A stretch of DNA of 64,000 nucleotides, taken from the NCBI GenBank assembly GCA_963836185.1, contig CAWIIQ010000001.1, positions 1,184,001 to 1,248,000 on the forward strand, written 5' to 3'. The position numbers were made by a program, and so were the translations under genes. Shown one piece after another: positions 9,710 through 22,412 of this stretch (position 1 is the first letter of the stretch; each line of letters starts with the position of its first letter). The notes under the pieces are model-generated. The model searched no databases. It saw only the letters and a list, made by a program, of their open reading frames with translations, and was not told the DNA's origin. Source of the DNA: Candidatus Krumholzibacteriia bacterium (lineage in GTDB: Bacteria > Krumholzibacteriota > Krumholzibacteriia > Krumholzibacteriales > Krumholzibacteriaceae).

Positions 9710-12700
9710 ATGAGATCTGCTATATCGCGTGCGGCGGCCCTTGTCGCCGTAGCGGCCGTTATTGCCGCTGCGGCGTTGCCGGCATCCGCGCAGGAGGCCA
9801 GGCTGCTTCGTCATCCCCATATAATGGGTGACAAGGTGGCCTTTGTTTATGCTGGAGACATCTGGACGGTCTCCGCCGGCGGCGGAAGCGCCAACCGGGT
9901 CACTTCGATGCTCGAGGGCCTCGAGGTATTTCCGAAGATATCCCCCGACGGCAAGTGGATCGCGTTCTCGGGCGAATATGCCGGGACTCGCCAGGTCTAC
10001 GTCGTGCCGTTCGATGGAGGCGTTCCAAAGAGGCTGACATACTATCCCGATGTCGGCCCGATGCCACCGAGAGGCGGCTACGATTACATGGTGCTCGACT
10101 GGACGCCGGACGGGAAAAATATCCTCGTGCGTGCCAACAGGACGCCGTTCGGCCGCAGGGTCGGAAGGTATATCCTTATCGATCCGGCAAATCCCGGTAT
10201 CGAGAAGGAGCTCCAGATCCCCGAGGGCGGCCCCGCGTCCTTCTCTCCCGACGGGAAGAAACTCGCTTACAATATCAAGTCGCGCGAGTTCAGGACCTGG
10301 AAACGTTACGTGGCGGGAAGGGCCCAGGACGTCTTCACGTACGATCTCGAGGCCGACAAGGTCGAGACAGATCACAGACTGGGAGGGAACCGACAACTTC
10401 CCGATGTGGGTCGGCGATGCGATCTATTTCGCCTCCGACCGCGACGAGAACTGGAAGCTCAATCTCTGGCGCTATGACATCCCGACAAAGAAATTCGACA
10501 GGGTGACGGCGTTCGAGGAGTTCGATGTACTATATCCGAGCCGCGGCGGCGATCGTATAATCTTTGAAAACGGCGGCTACCTCTACTGGCTCGATACCGC
10601 CGGCGGCGAGCCGAAGAAGATCGATGTAACACTGGGCAGCGACAAGCCGTTCACGCGCACCGTATATACCGGGGTAGGCGGAAGCGTCGAGAGCTTTACG
10701 ATCTCCCCGTCAGGGAAGCGCGCGGCCTTCGGCGCCCGCGGCGACATCTTCACCGTTCCCGCCGAGCACGGCATTCCGAGAAACATCACGATGACGCCTT
10801 CGATCCGGGAGCGCGACGTAGAGTGGTCGCCCGACGGGAAATGGATCGCCTCTCTCTCCGAGGAAAGCGGAGAGTACGAGCTCTGGATCTATCCGCAGGA
10901 TGGAAAGGGCGAAGCGAAACAGATAACGAAGGGCGCCGATTCCTGGATGATGGGGCCGAAGTGGTCGCCCGACAGCAAGAAGATAGCGATCACGGACAAG
11001 AAGAACATCCTATGGATCGTCGACGTGGAGAGCGGAAAGAAAAAGAAGGCCGATAAGAGCGAGATGCGGGGCTTCGGCGGCTATTCGTTCTCCCCTGAGA
11101 GCGACTGGATCTGCTACACGAAGCTCGATGACAACTGGGTCAGCTCCGTATGGGTATACTCCGTCAAATCGGGCAAGAGCATGCAGCTCACCGGCGGGTT
11201 CACCAACGACCGCGACCCCGTGTTCTCCAAGGACGGGAAGTATATCTACTTCGTCTCGAGCCGGGACTTCGTCTACAACGAACGTGAATGGCAGGACAGG
11301 CTCTACATGGGTACACTGTCGGCCGATACGCCCAATCCGCTCTCTCCTCTGAGCGACGAGGAAACGCCCGCCGCGGACGACGAGTCCGGGGAGGACAAGG
11401 GCGACAAGAAGAAAGACAAGGATGAAGGCGATAAAAAAGATGCCGATGAGAAGAAGGGCATCGAGAAGATCGACGCTGAAGGGTTCGACTCGAGGGTAGT
11501 GGCACTGCCCGAGGAGCCGAAGACATACTACGCGCTCACCGCCATCGACGGCGGGCTCGCGTTCATCGTCCGCGAGGAAACGGGAGACACGGAACTGAAG
11601 AAGTTCGATCTCGAATCGCGCGAATCGAAATCGATCATGAAGGATCTGCGCGGCTACCAGCTCACTCCCGACGGGAAGAAGTTCCTCTTCTCCCCGAGAC
11701 AGGGCGGAGGCTACGGTATAGCGAGCTTCGCACCGGGACAGAATACGAGCGAAGGGAAGCTCGACCTTTCCGATATGAAGATGAGGATCGATCCCGCCGT
11801 CGAGTGGAAACAGGTCTATCACGATGCGTGGCGGATCATGCGCGACTGGTTCTACGATCCCGGCATGCACGGCGTCGACTGGAAGGCGATGCACGACCGT
11901 TACGCGGTCCTGCTCCCTTACGTCGCGCACCGCACCGATCTCGATTATATCCTCGGCGAGCTGATCGGCGAGCTGAATGCGGGCCATACATACGTCTTCC
12001 CGGGCAACTTCCCGCAGGTCGACCGCATCAGCGTCGGCCTTCTCGGATGCCGTTTCGAGGCGGACAATGGCAGGTGGAAGATCGCGAAGATCTACGGCGG
12101 GGCGAACTGGCACGACAACGAACGCTCGCCCCTGACCGAGCCGGGCCTCAACGTCAAGGAAGGTTCCTATCTGCTCGCTATTGACGGGCACGAGCTGACC
12201 GCCGACGAGAGCCCTTATATATATCTCGAGAACAAGGTCGGTATACCGGTCGCTCTGAAGATCGGCGAGAAGCCCGACATGAAATCAGCGAGGGAGATCA
12301 GTGTAAGGCCGATCGCCTCCGAGCTGAACCTCTTCTACATGGACTGGGTAGAGGAGAACCGCAGGTATGTCGACAAACTCTCGGGCGGGAAGATCGGCTA
12401 TATGCACATCCCCAACACGTGGTACCACGGGTACAGGTCCTTCTTCGCGAACTTCCAGCCGCTGATGGACAAGGAAGCCCTGATCATCGACGAGAGGTAC
12501 AACGGGGGCGGACATTCGCCATACGAGATGGTCGAGATCATGAGCAGGCGTCCGTTCAGCTACTGGGCGGCGCGCAACTCGCGCGTCAACTCGACGCCGT
12601 TCATCCAGAACGACGGCCCGAAGGCGATGCTGATCAACGGGCTCTCCTCTTCGGGGGGCGACGCCTTCCCGTTCTACTTCCGTGAGGCGGGCCTCGGGCC

Positions 12701-12993
12701 CCTGATCGGAGAGAAGACATGGGGCGGGCTTATCGGTTACGGATTCTCGCCGAGCTTCGTCGATGGCGGCGGATTTGCCGTGCCGGGGTTCGCCTTCATA
12801 AACAAGGAAGGCGAATGGGATGTCGAGGCAGTCGGAGTCGATCCCGACATCTACTGCTGGGACGATCCGGGCACTGATCCAGGCTGGCAAGGAGCCGATG
12901 ATCGAGAAGGCAGTCGAGTATCTTCTCGAGGAGATGAAGAAGAATCCCAAGACGAAGATCAAGAAGCCGAAGGGGCCGGACAGGAGCAACTGA
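9710..12993 (+). CDS. Tricorn-like S41 family protease (PD40 propellers, PDZ, S41); frameshifts near 10368 and 12870
   Basis: Signal peptide, 'ARLLRHP', repeated SPDGK motifs, 'GELIGELNAGH', 'GYMHIP', 'IIDERYNGGG', catalytic region 'SSGGDAF', 'KTWGG'. Confidence 0.92.
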
Positions 12994-13016
12994 GGCATCT
13001 GACAGATGACAGTACG

Positions 13017-13047
13017 GGCCGGTTCCCTTCGGGGAGCCGGCCTTTTT
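13017..13047 (+). terminator. Rho-independent terminator after the tricorn gene
   Basis: GGCCGGTTCCC/GGGAGCCGGCC hairpin followed by TTTTT. Confidence 0.8.
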
Positions 13048-13129
13048 AATATTCCACGCAATTTTTCAGCCCGATATGTTAGTCTCCTGTGAAATCGATA
13101 TCAGGTGCACCGGAGATGGAGGTACGGAG

Positions 13130-14441
13130 ATGAGAAAGGTATTTGCGATCATCCTGGCGGCAGTCGTTCTGGCAGCGATGCTGACCGGCCCCACGTCTGC
13201 CGAGAAACGTGACAGGGTCCGGTACGACAAGTATAAACGCGACGCGGTCCTCAAGGGGATCATCGATGAGATGGACAGCCTCAAGGCGGTCGCCGACAGC
13301 ATCACGGGTGAGATAAACGCGAAGCTCGACGCGGAGGAGAAGAAGACGAAGAAGAAGCGGGAGATCATCCGTTTCGATTTCTCATCGATCGACAAACCCG
13401 AGTCCCCCGAAAGCTTCGACGCGCCCTTCCACTTCCCGCCGATCCCGCAGCACCTGACAGGGATGTGCTGGTGTTTTGCCACCACGTCGTTTCTCGAATC
13501 GGAGGTCGCGAGGCTCCATGGCCGGGAAGTCAAGGTCTCCGAGCTGCATACGGTCTACTGGGAGTACGTCGAGAAGGCTCGCGGTTATGTCCGCAAGCGC
13601 GGCAGGCAGCCGTTCGCGCAGGGGGGCGAAGGGGACGGTGTCCTGATCATCTGGGAGAAGTACGGCGCCGTTCCTGCTGAAAGCTACACCGGCCTGCTCG
13701 AACGGTTCGACTATGCACAACCATTCCCCGATGATGGGGGAGATGAAGGCATTTCTCGAGCTCTGCAAGGAGCGAGGGTACTGGGACGAGGAAGCTATCG
13801 TCGGCCATATCCGTTTGATCCTAGACGAGTTCATCGGCGCTCCGCCCGAGACGGTGGAGCACGAAGGGATGACGATGACGCCGAAGGAATTCTTCCGCGA
13901 CGTACTGGAGATCAACACCTCGGATTATGTCATGATGATGTCGACCCTCTCGGTCCCGTTCAATACGGCCGGCAAGTTCAACGTCCCCGACAACTGGCGC
14001 CCGACGTACGACTATTACAACGTGCCTCTCGATGAATATTACGGGTACATAAAGAAGGCGGCTCAGAAGGGGTATACGGTATGCATCGGGGGCGATGTCT
14101 CAGAGCCCGGCTATTTCGGCGAGGAAGACGCTGCCGTGGTGCCGAGCTTCGACATACCGAGAGACTATATCGATCAGGACTCGCGCGAGCTGAGATTCTA
14201 CAACAAGACCACGCAGGACGACCACCTGATCCACGTGCTGGCTTATAAAAAGGTAAAGGGGAGGGACTGGTTCCTGATCAAGGACTCATCGCGTGCGTCG
14301 AGGCGCGGAAAGTTCCACGGCTACCTTTTCTACAGGTCGGACTACATCAAGCTCAAGATGCTGATGTACATGGTCCACAAGGATGTCGTCTCCGACATCT
14401 GGCCCGATATCGAGAAGGCGAGGGGGGAGCCTGGACGATGA
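13130..14441 (+). CDS. Secreted C1 (papain/aminopeptidase C-like) cysteine peptidase (frameshift near 13710)
   Basis: Signal peptide, 'QHLTGMCWCF' catalytic Cys motif, 'KYGAVP', 'DDHLIH' catalytic His, 'WFLIKDS'. Confidence 0.85.
14386..14430 (+). repeat. Direct repeat copy 1 (att-like), within the 3' end of the C1 peptidase gene
   Basis: TCGTCTCCGACATCTGGCCCGATATCGAGAAGGCGAGGGGGGAGC, identical to 22197..22240 except one extra G in a homopolymer. Confidence 0.9.
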
Positions 14442-14458
14442 TTGGAACGGTCAGTCGT

Positions 14459-17400
14459 CTACCATTCAGATAAAGCATCCTCCGCAGAAATCGGCTCGAC
14501 GTCTAGCTTGAATCCGTTCTCGGCCTCCGCATCGGGAACTATACGAAGGTTGGTCCGGGACCGAAGGTGCTTGAGGAATTCCTCCCGGGGAAGAGTGAGC
14601 AGGGGAGGACCTTCCGGTATCGGCCAGAGGCGCAGCATCGATTCGTCTTTTGCGCACGATGCGGCGATAAAACGACCCAGCGGATCGAAATCTATTCCAT
14701 AGATACTGGTTGCCTTGTTGCTGATAAGGATATGAGGATCGCCTCCTTTAGTCGAATAAACAGATATACTGCCATCGAACATACCAAAAGCCACCAGGCT
14801 TTCATCGATGTTAAAAGATGTTCCTACGATACCAAGACGATTTTCACTCAGCTGTACCATCTCACCGGTTGCAATATTTCCGAGCTCTTGAGGATAACCG
14901 CGACTGTGGACCGTCCTCATCCCATTCCTGTTGAACCCCTGTATATAAAGACCGAGCCCGCTGTCCTGCAGGATTTTCGAGCTCCCGTCATCTGGGTCGA
15001 GGGATTTCACTACCCACGATCCGATTGAATCGACGTAGTTCCATGTCGTTATCTTCCCTTCATCCGAGAAAAAAGCGTTATATGCGATTTCTTCGAGAAC
15101 CTGGTTTCGCCCGTATCCAGGTCCCATACCCTGATTATCTGGCCTTTACCTGTGAGGTTCTGTGTATTGTCAAGAACGGCCAGAAACGATCGGCCGTCAC
15201 GGCTGAAGCTTATTGAACCAGATAGCATTCCATCGGGAATAGCCATGCGGCGGATGCTGTGATCCTCGATAGAGATGATCACCGGCGGCTCGCCGATGAG
15301 CCTGGATGAATAGGCGACATATCTTCCTTCAGGATCGATCTCGAAGAGCGAGACCCACAGGTCGGCATGCAGCCCTGAGCTGTACAGTCTTCGTGTCGGT
15401 TCCCCGTCATCCAGAGGGATATACCAGAACTCGTTGCCATCCTCTCCTGTCGTAAGCGATATCACCGCGTTGCCATCCGGAGTAACTTTCAACTTCTCGT
15501 TGATGTTGAAATCTTCGTCGATAGTTGTCGGATAATCTCCTGCCAATGGCCAGATCGCCGGATGGACGCCATTCCAGGCCGAGAGTATCGATCTCCCATC
15601 TTCACTGAAAGCAACGTCGTGCACCCAGTGGCTGGCACCTTTGAGTTCGAGAGGTTGAGTTCCCTTACGTGCGGTAAGGTCCAAATCCGTAGAATATCAC
15701 CATCCCAGAAGGTCGCGATCTTCTTCCCGGAAGGATCGAACTTGGCAAGGTACAGCTCCGCGTCAGGTGGACACGCTAACTCTTTTATGAGTGGATAGGA
15801 CGGGTCAGTCATATCCCAGATTCTAAGGTTGCCTTTACCGTCAAATGAAGCAAGCTGCCTGTCCTCGGAATCCAAGGCAAGGCTTCTGACCAGGTCGTTA
15901 TGAGCTCCAACGAGGAGTGGTTTCTTTTCAAGATCAGCCAGTGAATACAGATAGATCTCATTGCCGATGTAATCAACGGCCCATCGCCCGTCTGATGAGG
16001 CTACCGGAGGACCACGATGTTCATCCCTGTATATCATTCCGGTGCTTCCCAGAACCTCAGACTGGCCGTCGGAAAGTGTCCATGATTTCCACAAAGGAAG
16101 GGTTCCGGGCTTGAGCGTTACTGTCAGGAAACGATCCGGGTCAGGGGGCCAGTATCCGAACGACATCCCTTCAGACTCAAGGGTGTGCAGCAGAGCACCA
16201 TCCGGTATGGACCATATCCGGACCGTATTGTCATGGCTGTGAACTGTCATCAGCCTGCTGCTGTCCCGATCGAACTTCACCCTCAGGATGAATCCGGGCC
16301 CATGTCCTTTAAGTTCCAGCGTGCTGTCGCTGTCGGCATGGTACAGCCAGACGCTTCCCTGGCGAGTATAACCGACGGCGTAGTATCTGCTGTCTGGGCT
16401 GATATCGACTGATATGGGACTTCTCGGTCCTTTAAAGGGTAATGAGAAGAATGTCGGAGCCTCGGACAGGTTCTTCATCGCGAGAAGCCTTGTATCCGGT
16501 ATATCATTCAGCTCGAGGCTTGCCAAAGCAAAAGCCACTGCTCTGGTCGGACTGTCTTCCGCGATTTCTCTTCCAAGGCTGGCAAGGAGGTTTGCCTCCG
16601 CCACCCGCGCCGCTTCAGCTCTCTCTGCCTCCGCCGTCCTGCTCTTCCGCAACAGACCAGTAATGATGATAAGGACACCGACCAGTATTATGAAGCCACC
16701 TGCAGTAGCCGTGATAATCCGACGCTGTTTCTGGCGCGCCCTGGCCTGGATGGCTTTGTAGAATGCTTCCTCCTTTGAAGTCAACGAGCCTGGGTATCGA
16801 TCCTTCCACAAGTTGATCTCGTGGTACAGGGCCCCTGTCCAGAGCAGATGCATTCGGACGGCCCTTGGCGTCCCATGTCTCTGCAGCCTGCCGGACCTCA
16901 TCACGGAGCTGGGCGGAATCCTCGTCCTGGGTCTGCCAGCGAACGAGACGGGGCCAGCTCCTGACCAGTGACTCGTGGACTATCTCGACGCGCCTGACTC
17001 CTTCGCCTTCCTCGTCGGGATCCTCGAAGCTGTTCAGCAGACGCGCCCGGGTCAGCTCTCCAAGGACCGCGTCGGCGTCGTCTTTCTCTACCTCCTCGAA
17101 CAGTGAGAGCAGTTCGTTACGTCTTCGGGCGATCAGGGTCGTCTTGGATGTGACAAGGTTGCGGAACAGCTCGCGGACGATCCCCTGCCGCGCTGAGCCT
17201 ATCCTGTCCAGGGTCGATTCCGCATGCTGGGCAAGCGCTCCGCTCACTCCACCGATCTCCTCGTAGGCCTTTCGTGTCAGCAGGTGCCGTCCCCGGTCGC
17301 GCTTCTCCCACAGCCTCGACATCGCGAAGGCAAGCAGGGGAAGGGCACCTCTTTCTCCCTCGACCTCAGAGATTATCTCACTGACCAGATCATCGTCCTC

Positions 17401-18897
17401 GAACGGGTACCCGCACTGTTCGGCCGGCTCCGTAAGAGCCCGCCTGAGATCGTCTCCCGTCAATGGACCGAGAGGGATGAGCGATTTGAAGATGTTCCTG
17501 AGTGATGGAAATTCATGGCAGGAGAAGAGAAAATCGTCTCTCATAGAGAGGAGGATGCGTACGTCCGCATCCCGCGACAGGCGGTCCAGCAGTTCGGTGA
17601 ACTGCGACTGGACCTCGCGAGAATTAATGGTAAACAGCTCCTCGAACTGGTCGAGTATGAGCAGTGCCTCGTCATGGAGTCTTCGCCAGCGTGTGAATGC
17701 GGACAGTGTCGCATCAATCTGGTCATCACCAAGGAGATCCCTTATCGCGTCTGTGTCACCGGCCAGCTCGGGGACCAGTGCCTGGCGAAGCGCAAGGAAG
17801 GGAGAACTGCCGGGTGTGCAGATCATGACGCCCCACCCCTCAGGGCGGACAGGTATCACCCCAGCCCTGAGAAAGGAGGTCTTTCCTGTCCCGGACGGAC
17901 CGATGACAGCCTGAAGCTTGTACTGCGGAATACTCCGCCATATAGATTCTATCTCTGCCTCACGTCCGTAGAAGAACCCTGCTTCAGCCTCAGTGAAGCT
18001 AGCCAGTCCGGGGTAGGGGCGGCCCGCCGCGCGAGCCGTCACGTCGACAAGCGCCGCCGTGCTGCGGCCCATAGCCGGCATCAATATCGAACTGACCGTC
18101 TGGAGATCGTTGAGCAGGTCCTGGGCGCTCTGGTACCTTTCCTCCGGCGCCTTGGCCAGGCAGGTCAATATTATCCTCTGCAGTTCCTCTGGTACATCTA
18201 CGCCAAGTTCGGCCATAGAGGGTGGATCGTTGTTGATTATCGAGTAGACGACTGCCTGCTGGTAATCCCCGGTGAACGGGACTCTTCCTGTCACCATCTC
18301 GTACAGCACCACGCCCATCGACCAGAGGTCGGTGCGCTGATCGACCTCGTTCCCCTGTATCTGTTCGGGGGACATATAGGTGACAGTTCCGAGGATATCG
18401 CCTGCTTGGGTAATCCTTGTCTGGCCGGTAAGCATCGCCAGGCCGAAATCGACGATCTTGACGAGGCCGTCTGAGGTGATAAGCACATTTCCCGGCTTGA
18501 TGTCACGGTGGACGATCCCTCGCTGATGAGCCTTGGTAAGGCCCTGGACTATCTGTTGCGCGATGGAGAGGGCGCCCTCCGTTTCGATCGGGCCAGAGAC
18601 GACGAGGTCCCCGACCGAATCCCCCTCGTAGTAAGCCATAGCGAGGAAGAGCCTTTCGTCGTCCGTCTCGTCGATCTCGAAGATCGTGCAGATGTTGGGG
18701 TGATCGAGGGCCGAGGCTGTCTGAGCCTCCTTGACAAACCGCTGCTTCGCTTCAGTGCTTTTGACCAGATCGGCGGGCAGGAACTTCAGTGCCACCTCGC
18801 GCTCGAGCTTCGTGTCCTGAGCGCGGTATACGACACCCATACCTCCCTCGCCGAGCTTCTCGAGGATCCGGTAATGCGATACGATCTCACCGATCAT
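14459..18897 (-). CDS. Ser/Thr protein kinase - nSTAND1-like NTPase - TM helix - WD40 repeat protein (split into 4 ORFs by frameshifts near 16860, 15650 and 15090)
   Basis: Kinase: 'LGEGGMGVVY', 'VALKFL', 'HRDIKPGN', 'DFGLA', 'YMSPEQ'. NTPase: 'PYPGLASF', 'FFYGRE', Walker A 'GPSGTGKTS', Walker B 'LILDQFEELF', 'LPLLAFAM', 'GGVSGAL', 'EIVHESL'. A hydrophobic helix and WD-like repeats follow. Confidence 0.88.
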
Positions 18898-19155
18898 CTT
18901 AATATTCCCCTCTTGATAGTAAGAACGTGATCAGACGATTTTCAGGTTGTTGATAATTCAGCCACTTGTCCCTAGGCTGAGCAGATTGTATGGGAATCCC
19001 GGTCTTTTGTCAACGATGGCCTTGTGGGGGGAAGAATGACTTCCAGGTGATATTCGTTGATTCTCCCTTGATTCTGTGATACTATTTCATCAGTTAAGCG
19101 GCTGAATCTTGCACATTAACATTTTTTTATCTTCTGCCAGTAAGGGGAAACTGTC

Positions 19156-22100
19156 ATGAGATCACTCCAGTGCGTATTCGCGATCGCGATAGTATTCATC
19201 TGTTCGGGATCCACCGTATTTTCAAAGGATATCCATAAAGATATCCGCAGTTACAGACTGATAGAAACACACCAGACAGAATACTTTCTCGCGGATCCTG
19301 GACAACAGCCCCTTAAAGCTTCCGCGGCTGTCGATACCTTCTGCATCGTATGGTACGATTTTGAGATAAGGGACTGGCAGGGGTGGACGAAATATGAAGG
19401 AACAGCTCAAGTAGACACCTTTTTCCATGTAGACGATTTCACCGGCCTGGATGGTGGGGACTTCGGTCGCCTTGTTCCCCTCGAAGGTACAGGTCGTTGT
19501 GGTGCGGCACCGGGCCAGGCATGGATGACTATCTCTGCTCATGGCGCAAATGCGCCGGGTTATGGCTACGCCTGGAAACAGATATGCTGCTCGGATCCAA
19601 TATATTTTTCAGGAATGCTGAGCTGGTCGTTCAAGTGCGTCTTTGATTCAGAACCGGATTACGATTGTACATACATCGAATATGATGCAGGTGACGGTAA
19701 CTGGGTCGAACTGGATCGTTTCTCAAGTGTGGACACTCTCGTAGCTGAGTATAACCTTCAGTTGACCCAGGCTGCAACGAAGCTTCGGTACCGGTTCGTT
19801 TCTGATTATGCCTATGACGATGAGGACGGAAAGATTGATACTGATGGTGCCATCATTGTCGACAGTATTACAGTTAGAGATGACTATGGCGTGATCGATT
19901 ACGAGGATTTCGAGGCCTACCCGTCCGGATCGAAACGCGATCTCGGTATCTGGAATCCTTCTGTGCCCGAACCCTTCGGAAACTTCTCCGCCCTGGCGAA
20001 TAACCTCATCGACAAGGACCCATGTGCGGATAATTACAGCACCCAGGTGATCTTCTTCAGCGGTTCGCCGTACCCGAGCTCCGATTATCCCGGCCTGTAT
20101 GATACGCCTTTCTGTACCGGGCCGGGTGGAATAGCCGGGCCGTGTCAGGAAGATTACATAGTATCTCCAGTAATCGACATGAAGAGATATTCCACGAACT
20201 GTGATGAGAACCAGGATGCGGTTATTCCTCCTGCCGAAGCGGAGCAGCTCGGAGGAGCCCTGCTGGGTTTCGATGTCTACCGTGATCTGCCCTCTGAGAA
20301 CCTCGTATACTACTACTGGGGTTTTCGCAACTATGACGAGTCTGGCTGCCCCGGCAGATGGATGACTCGCGCATTCTACTATGGCTCCGATCAGGCATAT
20401 GTCTCCCACGAACTTGAGGTTACTGACCTGGTCAGCCCAAATCCGATCCAGTTCTTAATTGGAGCAGTCGATATGTGCTCCTATTGGTATCAAGGTTCTG
20501 GCGATTGCGCGGCTCACACGCCCTCACCATATCTTGACAATATCCGCATCCGTCGCTACAAGACCAGCGGTCCGATCTGGCTGTCATGGGACGTAGATCT
20601 CTTTAATGACACGTTTCCCGAGGAGAACGCCGCCAGCATGGATCCGATGGAAGAATTCTGCCGTGCCGACCCGTCGTGGTACGACTCCTGTTTCGTGACC
20701 TGCACGGCACCACTTGCGAGTGGCCTGGACACTCTGACTACCGGTGAAGCGCGTGTCTACTGTCATGTGAAAGTCCACTTTTTAGGCCCTGATGGAAAGC
20801 CCGACATAACGGGCGCCCCTCTCGAGGGATCACGTGGTACGTATGTCAGTGAAGACGGTGACTGGACGATCCTGCTTTGTGAGGCCGTTTATGATGTTGG
20901 AGGCCAGCCTGTACCCAACGGTTATTGCATAGATCTGAACGATTCACTCTTTACGCGCGGGTACATGGTCGAATACTACTTCAAGGCATGGGACCTCGAT
21001 GGAATATCCTCGACATATCCCGGAAATGCCGAAGCATCTGACGGTGACCGTTTCGAGTTTACCTGCCTTCCGACTCTCAGGCAGGTTCCCGGCGTCCTTC
21101 ATTACGACAGTGGTTTCGGGGATATAGGCGAGGTATATTTTGATACGGCGTTCGAGGCGGTAATTCCTGCCGGCGAGCCTGTGCCCGACAGATACGACCG
21201 CTCTCAAAGTATCAGCACCAAGACCTCAATAATTGACGGAACATCGATCTTCTGTCAGGCCTATAATACTGTCATCCTCGAGTCCAGTTACGGAGGGATC
21301 ACAGATGGCATTCCATATGAAGATAGTAATGACGCCGAGTTTCTTGTGGACTGGATGAATGCTTCAGATCACAAGGTCGGGCTGCTGATAATGGGCGACT
21401 ATGTGGCACAACAGCTTTCCAGCTCTACTTCTGCCTCCGCCCTCGAGTTGATGGGCGCTGTCTGCGGTGTCTCGTTTGAAAACGGCAGTTATTATGATGC
21501 TACCGGCGGAGTTTTAAATGGAGGGGTAGTGACTCCCCTTGTCACAGGTTTTGCCGGCGGTCCATACAGCTGGCCTCAGCTATTACTGCACACGGCGGTT
21601 GTCCGGGAATCGCTGACTTCGATGTCCTTGATAAGACAGTTAACAGTGAATATGCGCTGCAGTATCAGGACCACAACAGCCAACATTATTACGCCGGAAT
21701 CTACACGGACCAGTCGAACAACGTCGGTCATCCTCTCCGCACCGTATGGGCAGGGCACAGCTTCACCACTATCCGCGATGTCGAGAACGGGACGCCCGCC
21801 CGGAACGAGTTCTGAAGAAGACCTTCGAGTTCTTCCAGAACGGTGTAAGCGGCGATTATACCGGCACAAAGATTCCAAAGGCTTACAGCCTGGATCAGAA
21901 CTTCCCCAACCCGTTCAACCCGTCCACGCGCATCCAGTTCGCGCTGCCGGGAAAAGGGCATGTGAGCCTGAAGATCTACAATGTGGCCGGACAGCTGGTG
22001 AGGACATTGCAGGATGGTGTCATGGATGCCGGTCATCATGAACTCACCTGGGATGGATCGAACAGTATGGGCAATAGCGTCGCATCCGGTGTCTACTTCT

Positions 22101-22159
22101 ACAGGATCAATGCCGGCGATGACTTTGAGAGTGTCAGGAAGATGGTGTTGTTGAGGTGA
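19156..22159 (+). CDS. Large secreted acidic protein with C-terminal FlgD-Ig/T9SS-like sorting domain (frameshifts near 21575 and 21810)
   Basis: Signal peptide, Cys/Asp-rich body, C-terminus 'QNFPNPFNPSTRI...IYNVAGQLV...WDG...ASGVYFY...KMVLLR'. Confidence 0.8.
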
Positions 22160-22196
22160 TTTCCGGCTCCAGCCCAAGGTGACAAAAATGCCCTGA

Positions 22197-22240
22197 TCGT
22201 CTCCGACATCTGGCCCGATATCGAGAAGGCGAGGGGGAGC
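22197..22240 (+). repeat. Direct repeat copy 2 (att-like), displaced peptidase 3' end
   Basis: Encodes VSDIWPDIEKARGS* with no upstream gene body. Confidence 0.9.
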
Positions 22241-22412
22241 TGAAATAATGCGGCACCCGGCTGATTAACTGTCTTGGCAGTTGACCGGGGCAGCCGCTGT
22301 TTCTATATTGAAGGCGAGATGGAGGCTCGCCTCGGAGCCGGATGTTATCCGGACCGGACGGGAGTGTATAAGATACGCCACCCGTTGATGACCCCGCCGG
22401 GAAGAGAGATCA

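Larger units (their letters stand above)
14386..22240. mobile_element. Putative 7.8 kb genomic islet bounded by direct repeats, no integrase inside
   Basis: The duplicated gene 3' end flanks two large accessory genes. Confidence 0.55.
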
